Assembly: GCF_018350175.1 (NCBI RefSeq)
Contig: NC_058379.1
Location: 76,694,001 to 76,758,000 of the forward strand
Reading direction: 5' to 3'
DNA: 64,000 nucleotides
Origin: Felis catus
Lineage: Eukaryota
Below are positions 50,371 through 63,779 of this stretch, piece after piece. The notes under the pieces are model-generated. The model worked only from the letters and a program-made list of their open reading frames with translations. It did no database searches and was not told where the DNA came from. Every line of letters starts with the position of its first letter. Position 1 is the stretch's first letter. A program made the translations under genes and the position numbers.

Positions 50371-51161
50371 TAAAATTTTGCTATCTTTATTCCTATTGGA
50401 TACAGTCTAATATTTCTTGACAATTCTTTTTTATCTTAGATCCCACCAGGGATGTACAATAAAAACACATTTTAAAGTCAAGTGAGACCATGTTTCTCTA
50501 TGATTGCGATACCAACTTTATATATTGTTAGTGTTGTTTTTGTTTTTGCAATTTTCTTAGTATCAGCATATAGAGAACTTTGACCAGTCTATAGAGAAGG
50601 TCCTCGTGTATTTTTACATCTCTTACGTCTCTTTAGATCTTTTACATCTCCTCGTGTATTAATACATTCACCCCGGTATGAATGTATTAGATTTATTCAG
50701 TCGATCCCCTACTGATGGACATTCGGGTTATTCCCAGACTTGTCCGTTGTTTTTCAGTAAATAGCCTTGTGCACACATCATTTTGTATTTCTGTCTGGGC
50801 ATTCCACGAGGGATAAAGGGATAAGATGACAGCAGCATGTAAATTCTTCCAGTCTTGTCTGGGACAAGTGCAACTGTTGGGTAACCTCCCGTTGCCTGAA
50901 GCTCTGCCCTCCTCTTCACTACCTGACCTCGGAGGTGTAAGCTCTTCAGGCTACAAGCCTCCATCCGTGCCCCAAATTTGTAAAGCTAGAAAGAGACCTT
51001 AGAGATGGACTCTTCCTCCTGGTGTTACAGGTGAAGGACTGGAGACCCAGGAAGTGAGGGGAGAGCATGAGCCCAGCTGGCCTGTGCCCTGCCCAGCAGG
51101 TGATGGCCTTTCTGTTAAACTCTCTCTCTCTCTGCCCACCATCGGCTGGGCTGCCCTCCAG

Positions 51162-51310
51162 GGCAGCTGCTCCAGGTGTGGTCCACGGACCGGCAGCATC
51201 AGCTGGGAGCTTGTTAGATGAGCAGACTCTCTGACCCTGCCCGGGCATACGGAATCAGTCTGTTTTTCACTGGTTTTCCAGGTAACTCCCGCGTGCTCTG
51301 CTTTGGGAGG
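51162..51310. mobile_element. MER5A-like fossil
   Basis: gtgtggtccacggaccggcagcatcagctgggagcttgttaga. Confidence 0.6.
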
Positions 51311-54300
51311 GCTGGTCTGACGGCCTCCTTCAGGAGGGGACGAAGCTGTGTTTTATCACCAGGGACAGCACAGGCTCCTTCCCAACAAACAGAGTCTACT
51401 CCCCGCTCCTGGTGCCCTTCTCCAGTCTGCTGGTCCCTGCCCCGGGTCGTCCTCTCTGTGCACAGGGTTGGGAATTGATCTCTTCAGGGGCAAAGTCGTT
51501 CCCGGCTGGTTCTGCCTTCCATTTCCCCCGTATACACAGCCTTCATCCTTCTGGATTTGTCTCCTGTCATGTGGCACATGTTGGGCAAGCACCTTTGCTT
51601 TTATTTCATGGCTCTGTTGCTGCTAATTTGGGTATTATTATTATTATTATTAGTTTTAGTTTTAGTTTTAGTTTATTATGCACTTGCTCACCAATGTTAA
51701 AGGCCTTAAAATGCTTGCTAGTAATATATAGCACCACGTAAGACTTCCCTCATCATCATCATTGGTATTATTTCCATTATTATTAGCTTCTTTGCCGCTG
51801 CTGTGGTTGTGTGTGTGTGTAACTGATAATATTAGGCCTCCATGCATACTTAAATAAAACCTTAATTGGAAATGACTCCTTAAATTATCCACAAACTAGG
51901 TTGGCAGTTAAAGTGACTACACTTTGGAAATCATTAGCATAATAAAAAAAAATCCTTTACCGTTGGATTCAGTGTTTCCAGTCTCTCCTACATTTCAGTT
52001 TTGGAAGGTCAATTTTTGGAAAGTGGAAGTGATTCTCTAGATTCAGTGCTGAGGTTTAGCACCCTGGAGGAAAGATTTCTGTATAATATGTGCTTTTGGT
52101 AAATGTACAAGGAAAAGTAGTTTTCTTTTAAAGGCAGCTTTTTATACTAAGCAGCAGATGATCTTTTTTTCTAAACTATGTTAGCTATACCCAAATTAGT
52201 ATACGTTAAAATAACTATGACTGGTAAAAACATTTTTCAGATTCCTTTTACTTTTTATATAATTATATGAAATTCTCCATTTGGTAGTTGATCTCTCAAA
52301 TAAATTAAGTCTTGCCAGACTGTCTCAGAAGGTACCTAGTGAATCAGACCCTAAAAACTTGTTGCATGTGAAAAATAACAACTATGCACGGCAATTTATA
52401 AGGGCAAAATTAACTAAAGAATTTTTTTTTTTTCAGTACTTTAAAATTTGCACTAGGAGAATCTTAGCCTGGTTTGAGGGAATGCAGTTCACATCAGCTG
52501 CTATGAAAAAGCCATTGTTTCTATTGTTTCCAGTTGTAGAAAACAGCCAGTTTCAAAGAAGGACTTTTAATAAAAATTCAGGCTCTTTTGAGTTTGAAGG
52601 CATCGTTGACTTTACTACCAGATTCATCGTGGTATCCCCCCTGAACTTCACTTTTTATGTACTCAGACATTTTCAAAATAGGTAAGGATGATTGATTTCT
52701 TTGCAGTAAGCATTTATTTTGCTGTTGGAGTATATATGGCAGGTGGTTATACGGAATACGAAGAGGCGTAAGTCCCTTGACTTCAAGATGCTTACAGTCT
52801 AATAGAAACCTTAACATTTCCTCTGGGCAGGGCTCCATGGGGTCATTACAGCCAAGGGAATGTGTAGGCATCTAGATAGATGAAAATTACTCAGAACTTT
52901 ACAGATATTTGATATTTTGTTGACTGGTGACAGGTCATGATATATGGGTATTGCATAGGTGGTTGACTTTAAATAGTCTTTAAAATTGTTTTTTTTTTTT
53001 TTTTAGAATTTCCACAATGTTTGTAGTGTTAGACATTCATTACACAAAAGCCTTCATAAATTTTGTACATCTTTCTGAGAGCCACATGCAGAAGTGCAAG
53101 AGGAAGAAGGCGCTAGAACACTGCAAAAGGGATCACATGGTCTGTGAGGTGAAATGAAACTGGCCAACCCTGGAATCGGATAGAATGCAATGAAGAAAGA
53201 GAAGAACATTTCTAAAAAAAAAAAAGGAAAAGAGAGGAACTCAACATTGTATCAAGTAGAATGTGTATCCACTAGACTGTGAGCACCTCAACACAAGAGA
53301 TTTGGGTTGAGAGTTAAACTAATTGACTAAATATCACTTGACGGATAATCACCAGATCTTCTAAGATGGTCTACCTGATAAGTGATATAGAGTCAATTTT
53401 AGGTATCCTCGTGTATCGTGCCCTATTTGTGTTTCCTGATACTTTGTGTGGATCATTAGTTCTCTTCACGAACTGTTAGGGAACTAATGTGGTTTTATGG
53501 TCCACTCCTTCCAGCTGGTACTTAAGCATCGTGGGTCAGTAGAAATGTGAACAGTAGAGCGCTGAGCCAATACTCCTTATGATCTGTTGTGTTCCCAAAT
53601 GGCCAAAGGAATAACAGAGATTAAAGAGAGATAAATGTAGTCACCTGGCAAAAATATTTGGCCTGTTTCAAAATAATGGAAGTTATATTTAGGAGAAATG
53701 TTTTTGGTAAAAATATTTGAAAGTTTGTTTTATAATCATAAGTAGCTTGGCTTGTTTTGACTCGTGGGAAGGGGGAGGGAGAGGCAGCCGATAGGTAGGG
53801 CCTGTGGATTTGTCATTTGGGAGAGGGAAACACGATGAGTAAGTTAATTGGTATAGAATAAGAATAGAAAACAAGTAGGAAGTAGAATCGTGAAATCTCA
53901 GGGCTTTTCATTAGTCATTAGTTGAAGACTCACAGAGAAATGGTGGAAATCACTAGTAATTAGGAAAGGAAAGGACAGTATTGTGGAAAAAACGGGCCCC
54001 ATACCCCTTTCCTGGTATTCAGCCCAGTTTCCCTTCACTTCCTTTCCACCTGTTTTGCTGCACCCAAGCTGAAGTGCCCAAGTCGCCTATATGTTTGATT
54101 CCCCCCTCCCCTGCCATTCTTCACCCAGTGGGGTATGTGTGTGTGAATGAAGGAGAGAGAGAGAGAGCCCTGCTTACCTGGTGAGGCCCCGCTCAGGGAG
54201 CAACCCCTCTACAAAGGCTTCCTTCATTCCTTGTAACTGCAGTAAGGCGGTTCTCGGAAGAGTTGAAGTTGTTCCCTGTGCACAGAGTGCAGGATCCCCC

Positions 54301-55837
54301 AAAACTTCCCGCCTGAGTGCGCCATAGTTGAGCTTGGCCAAGTCGGTTTAACGATCACACAGGTTTTCCACTTGGACAACACCAGTCTCCTGTACTGTGT
54401 TGGAGGAGCTATGCTGGCCGGGGGTAGAGGGGGAACGCCACCGACCGCCCTCAGCCCCTGGAGGACGCACACTGCCAGCGGAGTGATGATTCCATCTATA
54501 CCTGACGCAGGAACTCCGGCATTGAGATCTGGCGTCCTGGCTAAAATTTGCGGGAGAAACAGTACAAAGTAGAGAGAGAGCAGGTGGGAGGCAGGGGGAC
54601 AGACTACACCACTAGGGCGACAGCGGAGTGGCTGGTGAAGCTGGGCGTTGAGGGATCATGTGGAGGTCAGATGGTCCATCTGACCTTGACCCCACAAGGT
54701 CTGGCAGCAGGAGTGCCTGCGTTCCCCGCTCTCCACCTCCCCCCTCACCTCTCCCCTTCCTCCAGGCGCCGTGTTGTGATGGGAATGGGGGGAGATGTGC
54801 ACACACAAGCCTCCCACCCCACCTTACACAAGCAGAAGCCTCTTCAACGGGCCTGCCCCCACCCCCCGGCCTTTGCACTGCGAAATACGCCCCCCTTCTC
54901 TTTGAGCCTTAGCATGTAGTTGTTTGCTAAGAATAAGAAGGGTTAGAAATATTTCCGCCAGAAAGTGAAGTTTAAGTATTTCAGATGATAATATGAGCAT
55001 ATCTGGCCCAACCAGATTATTTCTGAAGCACAACACGTAGCTGATTGCCATTGAACCTTGGAAAACAGATTATCTCACTTAATTTTGACAGATGAAAAGC
55101 GATGTGCCGTGCAGAAAGAACACAGCCGACCAAATACCCCTTGGTCAGGGTTTTTCTGGGGAATTGGAAACCATTTGTTTACAGCCAGTACTGGGCCTTG
55201 AATGTGAACTATGACTCCTAATTCTTGGCATAGTAGCTCACCCCCTGCAGAATGGGGTAAAGGCAGTTAGGAGATGCTAGGTGTCGGGGGCATTGTCTCC
55301 AGGACTCAGATGACAGGAAGTAGGAACCTACGAAGGTTTGGGTTGCCCCTCTAGTGCACAACCAGCCAGTGGATTCCAAGAGGCCCGCCTCCCAATCATG
55401 TTCTCGGGGTGCAGTCATACACATGACCTTGCTTCTGCACCAACACACGTGCTAGCGTCTGACATCGGGTTGTCGATTAGGATGTGCGGGTTGCTTCAAC
55501 TGGATGTTCACGTCAGGTGGAACCGTGGCCCTTGCTCGGAAGCAGTGCGGATCGCCTGAAGAGAAGGGATGCATTTCCTCTCTGGTTGAAAGACCTTCGG
55601 GAACAATGAAGTGGTTCCTACCACCAAACAGTTCCTGTTCTAATGGGGGTTTAATAATAACCTTTTATTTACTAGGATTCACTGGGGAAAACATTCAGGA
55701 ACAAAGAGAAAATAATTAAATGCAGAGAATGTTAATTTCTTTTTGGTTTCAGAAAGGACTTCGGGTAGCAACCCAAATAGAAGCCTTTGCTTTAACCAAC
55801 AGATAAATGATTAGCACATTGGTTGTTTACACATGAG

Positions 55838-56000
55838 NNNNNNNNNNNNNNNNNNNNNNNNNNNNNNNNNNNNNNNNNNNNNNNNNNNNNNNNNNNNNNN
55901 NNNNNNNNNNNNNNNNNNNNNNNNNNNNNNNNNNNNNNNNNNNNNNNNNNNNNNNNNNNNNNNNNNNNNNNNNNNNNNNNNNNNNNNNNNNNNNNNNNNN
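55838..56000. other. Assembly gap (163 N)
   Basis: Run of N. Confidence 1.
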
Positions 56001-56495
56001 TCAGTTTCCCCAGGCCAGATTGGGACCTTGTAAGCCTTCTAGAGTTCCCTGTAGTGGGGATTAAGGAAACAGGAGCAGTTTTGCCTCTGGCCTCAGACAC
56101 TTTTCTAATTAGGTCAGAGCCACTCACACTGGGATACGCAGACCCTCTTTCTGTCCCTTTGGCATCGATTTTTAAGATTTGCTGTCTGAGACAATCACAC
56201 AGACGAGGTTGCTGCTTACACGATACATTGCTGAACCTGGAAACGGCGTGGGTTCTGGATGATGAGTTCTTCTATTACCTGGGAAGGTTTACATCAGCCC
56301 GACCTAAAGATGCATCTCAAAGGCATCAGGCCACGTTCTTGGATTGGTAAGTTCACTGTTGTGACATAAGAGCCCGTTTTTGTTGGTGCAGTATCTGTGG
56401 GGCTCTGGATTTGAAACACTGTTCTGATTACAGATAGAAATTTTAGTATTAGGCTGAATGTACAGTGACTGCAGCATTTATTCTGGTGGAAATTT

Positions 56496-56939
56496 ATTTT
56501 TAAGTTTGTTTATTTTGAGAGGGAGGGGGAGGGAGAGCATGAGCAAGGGAGGGGCAGAGAGAGAGGGAGAGAGAACCCAAACAGGCTCCACACTGTCAAC
56601 GCAGAGCCCCATGCGGGGCTTGATCCCATGAACTGTGCAATCATGACCTGAGCTGAGATCAAGAGTCGGATGCCTGGGGCGCCAGGGTGGCTCAGTCGGT
56701 TGGGTGTCTGACTTCGGCTCAGGTCATGATCTCCCGACTCGTGGATTGGAGCCCTGTGTCAGGCTCTGTGCTAACAGCTCAGAGCCTGGAGCCTGCTTTG
56801 GATTTTGTCTCTGTCTCTCTCTCTCTCTGTGCACCTCTTCCACTCATGCTGTGTCTGTCTCTCCCCCAAAGAAATGAATAAACGTTAAAAAAATTTTTTT
56901 TAAGTCGATGCTTAACCAACCGAGCCACGCAGGTGCCCC
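56496..56939 (-). mobile_element. Older CAN-SINE split by a nested opposite-strand SINE
   Basis: Outer TSD ttctggtggWaattt. Body interrupted after aagagtcggatgcct and resumes at aagtcgatgcttaacc. Confidence 0.88.
56676..56901 (+). mobile_element. CAN-SINE nested in an antisense SINE
   Basis: Complete head-to-tail copy. Degenerate TSD derived from the host SINE sequence. Confidence 0.9.
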
Positions 56940-57275
56940 TTTTCTGGTGGTAATTTTCTAACCTGTATATGAATCCAGTCATTTTCCCAAAATGTGACAT
57001 GCAGGGTGAAAACCTGACAACACAATAAGAGAATTTTGTTTAAACCGGGCCTGTACTAATGAAATAGGGACGACTTTTCCTCCTGTCCTGCTGGTTTACT
57101 AAGCTCCTGCTCTTAGCCTGCCCACTTAGTTCCATTGCTTACTTGCATCATGGCCCTTAAATTTTCGTTTCAGGTGTTTTTCTTTATTTTAAAAGAAAGT
57201 CGAAATAGTGTAGATCACCTAGAAAGGGAATATCCCCTAGAATGGGAAAGCTACCTTCATTATTAAAGCAGATTA

Positions 57276-57485
57276 GGGGCGTCTGGGTGGCTCAGTGGGT
57301 TAAGCATCCGACTTCGGCTCAGGGCACGATCCCGCGGTCCGTGGGTTCGAGCCTTGCGTCGGGCTCTGGGCTGACAGCTCAGAGCCTGGAGCCTGCTTCG
57401 GATCCTGTGTCTCCTTCTCTCTCTCTCTGCCCCTCCCCCACTTTGCACTCTGTCTCTCTCTCAAAAATAAACATTAAGAAAAAAT
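57276..57485 (+). mobile_element. CAN-SINE
   Basis: Head, (CT)n and tail. TSD about aaagcaga. Confidence 0.92.
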
Positions 57486-57539
57486 TTTAAAGCAGACGAA
57501 AAACAGTGGGGTATGCATCATAAGAACTTAGAAAAAGAA

Positions 57540-60150
57540 CAATTAAGCAAACAAAAAGCTGGGGAGGAGGAATGATGAAATAACAAAGGTAAAAGTTAAA
57601 ATTAATAAAGCAGAAAACAAATGTTGAAGGGTAAATAAATCCCGTAGCTGGTTATGGGCCTCATTACCCCGAGAAAAAAGGGAGAGCAAACACAGGTGAT
57701 GGGAATGAGGGATCCGGAGGAAGGACCAGGCTCTAGGAAATGCTTGCCTGTAGTCCTCTGTCAACACATTTGAAAAACACAGGGTTGATTTCTTAGTAAA
57801 ATGCAAAGGACCAAAATTGATCCAAAAAGCATGGAAACCTTGACAGAGCCGATTAGTATAGGAGAGATTACATATGTGATTGACAATTACGATTGGAAAA
57901 AGTCACCAGGGTGCCACGATTTGCCAACTGAGTCTTATCTAACCTTTACAAAACAGAAAATGTGTTACTTCTACTCTTAGGGAATGCAGCAAATATGAAA
58001 AGGTTTGTAGTTCATTTTAGAAAACCAGCATAATTTTAATACCTGACAAATTTTAAAGAAGAAAAGTATAGACCAATATTATTTATGAACGTAAATGCAT
58101 GGGGCCCCTGGGTGGCTCAGTCTGTTAAGCTGATTTCAGCCCAGGTCATGATCTTGCAGTTGTGGGATCGAGCCCCAAATCAGGCTCTGCACTGAGTGTG
58201 GAATCTGCTTGGGATTCTGTCTCTCCCTCGCTCTCTCTGCCCCTCCCCTGCTTACACGCTCGCTCTTGCTCTCAAACGTTTTTTTAAAAAAAGTAAATGC
58301 AAAAATTCAAAATAATTCATCAACAGACTTTTGAGTGCATCAAAAGGCTAACGCATTATGATCAATAGTTTATTCCAGTGACACTAGGGTGATTATTAGG
58401 AACTTTGATCACCATCATCCATTATTGTACCTCAACATAGTAAAGCAGAAAAGACCAGCTCAAGAGAGACTAAAAGCCATATTGATCAAGTTAAGCAGCC
58501 ATTTTTAATATAACACAATCTAAAGAAACAAAATAGGAATAAAACCAAATTACTTAAACATAAAACGGCTATCTATTACAATATTAACAAAAACACCTCA
58601 ATAGTAAATGTTTTCCTGAAATGGCAAAACACTAAAACTATTTCAATTGTAATTAAGAATTTTAAAATGATGTCTGCCTTTATAATTATTTATCATTGTC
58701 GTAGAGGTTCTACTGAATGTAGTAAGACAATGAAATGTTTATGTGTCTAGAAAATTTAGAAATCTCTAGGTTAAAGAAATGTATATGTATACACATAAAA
58801 TCAGTAGGAAAAATTGTCAAGGTAGCTGGATAAAAAAAAAATCTAGAAATGATCATTTCTGTTTTGAAAAGGAGCACCTAGAAATGGAAGTTTACATAGT
58901 CCCTTTTTCAACAGCAGCAAATGACCTAGGAAAACACTGAACAAGCATGGGACTTGTATCCTTTTTAGTGAAGACTATGAAATAAAAATATGTAACATAT
59001 ATATACCTATTATTCCAAAATTAATACATTTATTGCAATTCCACTGAGAATTTCCAAAGCAGTGGGTTTTTTTTTCCCTTTTTCTTTTTGAACTGAATGA
59101 AATAATCTTGAAATTGATGTAGAAGAATAAATGCCTAAGACTTGAGAAGAGCTCAGACAGATGTAGCAAAGAAAACCAGTGAGGGTAAACTTGACTTAGA
59201 AGTGACCATGATGTACTGAGAAGGCCTTTTGACCAAATCAGTGTGGTATTGATAAAGAATTACATAAATAGTTCAATGGAACAGAATAGGGAATCCAAGG
59301 CTATGTTCCATTAAGTAGGAGAACTTAATATGTAATAATGTTGAGAAAAGAATATATTATTTAGTGGGTAATATTAGTATACTGATGCACTCTTTAGGGT
59401 GTCAAGGTACGTAGATCTCTATCTTGCATATAATCAGAAATACCAGAGTCTTAAAAAATTTACAAGCAGTTCAAATTTAGAAGAAAATTTAAGAATCCAC
59501 GTACATAGTCTTGGGGCGAGAGAGAACTTCTTAAGCACGATTTTCTCAAGCCTGACACATGAGGGAGGGATATTCATCATATGTATGGCAAAAAAGGGGT
59601 CGCTGTCTATAATACCAATAACTTACAAATTGGCAAGAAAAACATAACTCAGGAAAAATGGACCAAGAACATGCAATTCATAGAAAGCAAACCTTTGAAA
59701 AATAACGCACATTTGCTAGGGAGATGCAGATTAAAACAACAATGAGCCACTCCTTTAAACCCATGAGATGGGTAAAAATAGAGGAGACTAACACTTGTTG
59801 CTAGCAAGGAGATGTGAATTACCCTGCTTTATTTGGAAAGCAGACTGGCAATGCATATTAAGCTAACAATTAATATACCTTTCTAAGCCTCTTTCCCAGA
59901 TGTCTGGCTCCTAGAAATAAAAGTGTACACAAAGTCGTATGTATAAGGATGTTCATTGTACCATCGTAGCGGCAAAATACTGAAAATACAAACGTTCCTC
60001 ACTTGGAAAGCGGCTGGCTTCTGGGACATTTGTACCCCATGGCTCAGTATGCAGCCACTAAGCAGAAAAGACTTGGAGCTCTATGACTGTTGGCTTTTGA
60101 TGGCGGGGGAGGAGGCGTTTCTATGAGAAATTGGTGAAGAAGGTTCAGAA
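57540..60150 (+). mobile_element. Highly decayed L1M ORF2/3' region
   Basis: A-rich, with remnants such as cattatgatcaa..tttattccag (HDQ-FIP motif), aatcagtgtggtattg, aatggaacagaatag and gagatgcagattaaaacaacaatgag. Confidence 0.7.
58101..58292 (+). mobile_element. CAN-SINE inside old L1
   Basis: TSD gtaaatgca at 58091 and 58293. Confidence 0.88.
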
Positions 60151-61399
60151 AGTATGTAATACCCAGTTGTGATGCCGATGACCAGGTCTCTGTATGTTTG
60201 CCCCAGTGTATGACTGGGGGAGCACAGAGAAGCAGGCGAAAACCCTGGTTGTCCGAGTTAAGAGAGGGGAGTGGAGGTTGATAAGGGTGGCGGGAGGGGT
60301 GGGGAGAGAAGGGATTTCCATGCTGGCTCACGTGTAAAAACCCACCCTTGGTTAATTGTCCACCACATTCCGTCCCCCCCCCCCCCCCCCCCGAGGGAGG
60401 AACCTGCATAGTGCTTTGCTTTAAGTTAAAAATCCCGGTTGCTTCTTTAGATCTTTTTCTTTCTCCTTACCCGTCTAGGGTGGTTTTGACACCGGATACG
60501 CTCTCGGATTTGATGAGAATATTACCTGCGCATATTGATAATTCTTCCACTTCCAGCACCGCCTGCTCCTTTTGCGTACGTGTGCCCTCTTTCACAGGGC
60601 AGGTTTTTTTCACCTTTGGGGGATTCTTTGTTGTCTGCCGGCCTTTGTCCTTGGGACTCCTGTCTGCTCCTTTCTCATCAGAGTGGCCTGTCACTACCGT
60701 TTGTCAGGTTGACTACTGTGTGTTCGTCCTGGTCGTCTTCTACTTGGATTTCTAGTCTCAGGAGTGCTGCTGCCTTTACCTGCAGGGGAAATGAGGCATC
60801 CTGATTGATCATCCCGATTGCTGCCCCCCGGGTCTCTCCAGCCCCTTCCATCACTTGACTGGGGCCTTTCTGGCACCCGGAGAACACCTCCACCCATGCA
60901 TACAGTGATGGGCTCTGCCCATCCAACCCACCCCATTTCTGTTCAAGTGATGCATCTTTCCTACTCCCCTAGGACCCGTAAAGATGTGATATTCGGTCTG
61001 TATGGAAGAAGCATGGTGGAAATGTGCGCTCAGGGGGCATCTAAATATAAACTTCTGTTATCTCTCAGCCTTAGGTTTCTTACCTGCAGAGCAGGGATAA
61101 TAAATCACAGTACCTGTCTCCAAGGGGCAGGGTGGGGAGCAAAGTAAGTGATGGTCTCCAGACTTTAGAACAGCGCCTGTCGTATAGCAAGAGTTCCATG
61201 AAAGTCCGTTGCTGTTTTCAAAAATGGTTTTTGAGCCAGATAAACCAGATTGCGACATGGTTTTTCTTTCCAGTTGTTAGGTCGGGATGTCTTCTGACAC
61301 CATTTGGACACCGTGTTTTAAAACCTCTTCCGGTGTTTGTATCTATGTGTTGGTGTTTCTGTAGTTAAATTGCCACATTTGACTTCCTGGATGAAAGGA

Positions 61400-61790
61400 C
61401 ATCACTTAAATGATGTTCGGAGATACCGGGGAATTACCCTCCTAGATATTACACTGGTTCCCACTGTCACCAATCGTTGCCGCCCTCAGTTGTACTCTGT
61501 TTCATCCGTCCTTTAGTCTTGGCTCTTAGGAAGGTAAAAGTGTCTCATTTCACGTCTTCAATCCGTGAGGTTGAGTATCTCTTCATATATTTGTTTTGCT
61601 TCTTTTACAAGTGCTAATGTGTATCCTTTGTCCATTTTCCTTTCGGTTGGTAATTTTTCACGGCTTTGTAAGAGTTCTTGGAAATAGGGTTTCTCTCATT
61701 TGATTTATTGTGTATTTTGTATAGAAGCTTTCAATTTTAACATCGTGTTTTTGAATATGTCTTTCCTGGGGTGTCTTAGAAAGCTAATAA
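61400..61790 (-). mobile_element. Old L1 fragment
   Basis: gaggttgagtatctcttcatatattt..., tcctttgtccattttc, agaagctttcaattttaa. Confidence 0.55.
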
Positions 61791-63779
61791 GTATGCATTG
61801 CATTATATCTTTATGTTAAAAATGAGATTTCCCCTCTACTTGTGAAAGCTTGTACATACACAGTTTTCTAAATCTGAAAAACAGTTGTGAAAAATTGGAA
61901 GGCAAAAGCTACCAGCCAGAGAGAGAACATCATTCTTAATATTTTGGTGTTTTCCTTCTACTTGCCTTTAGTAGAGAATGTGTATTCATGGGCTGGATGT
62001 GTGAGGGATAAAGAGAAGAGTTGCATTGAGGAAAATTATGGCTCGAACAGCCAGCTGGCTTGTGGCCACTGAGATGGGGAACAGGTGCAGAGGCAGACTC
62101 AGAAGCTGGAGTCAGCTCTTGTCAACCTCCAGGTGAAGACGTGAAGATGATGGCTAGTGAGAACTTGAGGGTCAGGTGCTGGCTGGGTAGGACTTCGGGT
62201 GGCCTTGGCATTTAGGTGCTCTCTGCAGCCAAAGGGACCGGACAGGATTGTGAAGGTTGAGACATTTCTTCAATGTGAAAATGTTCAGGATCCTGAGTAA
62301 CTGCCCTCAAATAATGAATGTTCGGAACCACAGCCATTTCATGAGTCAGGGAACTGTCTCTAAGCTGTCGGGTTATAAATGCTTGAGGATACCAATCAGT
62401 CAATTGGGTGTTGGCTAGTGCCTTGAGCGGAGTAGAGATTCACCGTATAATGTTTACTGACTGATAGTTATAACTAAGATTCAAGATACCTTTCCCCTTC
62501 TTAAGGAGATAATTTTCTTTTCAGATGTTGCGATAAAGTCACTAGTGACTCGGTTGTATTAACCCGTGAAATATGTAAATTATACATTGTCTCCTTTTGT
62601 AGCATTGGGAGAAAAAGCTAGTCCAAGTTAGGCGGATTTACGACCTTATGGGGAAATTCAAGACTGTGTCATAATCCCCAAACCTTGCCTGCATTATGTA
62701 AAGATTTTTTCCTGTGCCATCTCATCTTTGTTTCGTTCAATGTATTCCTCCCCCTCCAAGTGTCCCAGTTTCCTCCCCCCCCCCCCCCGTAGCTGATTTT
62801 GAACAAAACAGAGAAACTTGGGTTTTCTTCACCCCAGCATTTGTATTCTTCATTTGGTTACACATTGTTTTAAAATAAATGATAATACATTCTCAGCAAT
62901 TAAAATTCTTTTTTCCTGTTTCTAAAAGAATTAGACATTGGGAAAGATAAACTATAAACTGATCCACCTGTAAACAAATAAGCAGAGAGAGAATTAGTTG
63001 CCATTTTTTTTCTTCTAGCCCTTTGGCTTTATTTATATATGTACATGGACATTATTTATTTGGAATAGTGCTATAATATTGTTTGGAACGGTGCTTTTAA
63101 ACCAGTATTTTAAGGTGAACATTTTATTGTAATACTGTTTTTAGAAAGATGACTTTTGAAGGCTGCAGAGCATGGGCAGATTCACAGTGGCTTTTAAGGG
63201 AAAAAAAATCAAGATGATCTCAGTGGCAAGTCCTGCTAAGATTAAAACCAAAAACAAAAGCACTGAGAAGCCTTTGGAATCCTACTCTGAGGTTTAAATT
63301 TTGTGTTCATAGTAAGATCTTATTTTGAATGAAATCGGCCATCACACTTTTCTTATTCCCTTTGGTTACACTGATTTAAAATGTACCTTCTGTGTCCTTC
63401 CTCTGCTTTCCATGGGAACATACTGATCCATTGTGACCCTTCATGGTGTTTCGTAAGATCCCACCTTACAAATCATCCCAGTCTTCTAAGTGTAGTAAAC
63501 CATACCGGACAACTTTTTTTGGTAATATGTCAGAATTGCTGGGAGCCATAAAAATGTACATTTAATCATAAGCAATGCAGAATAAAGAATTGCCATGAAT
63601 TGTAAACATTATTTTCGAAATTTAAATTTGGAACAAAAGGTCCCCAAAGGATATGAGTGAGACTAGAAGCGGCGTTTCCTATTGATAGACTTCTGGTAGA
63701 CCCGCCCCCTGGTCATTCACAGGCTTCCCTCCCGTGGTCTTTCCTTGTCAGGAAGTACGTGGGGAAATACCAGGAAAGG

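Noticed and set aside
55792-56350. ORFs spanning the N run
   Set aside because: Artefacts of the assembly gap.
2498-58292. Recurrent ORFs such as ...RERQSMNGGGAEREGDTESE..., MGQRETEHERGRGRE... and MAQSVKRPTSAQV...
   Set aside because: These are translations of CAN-SINE copies, not a gene family.
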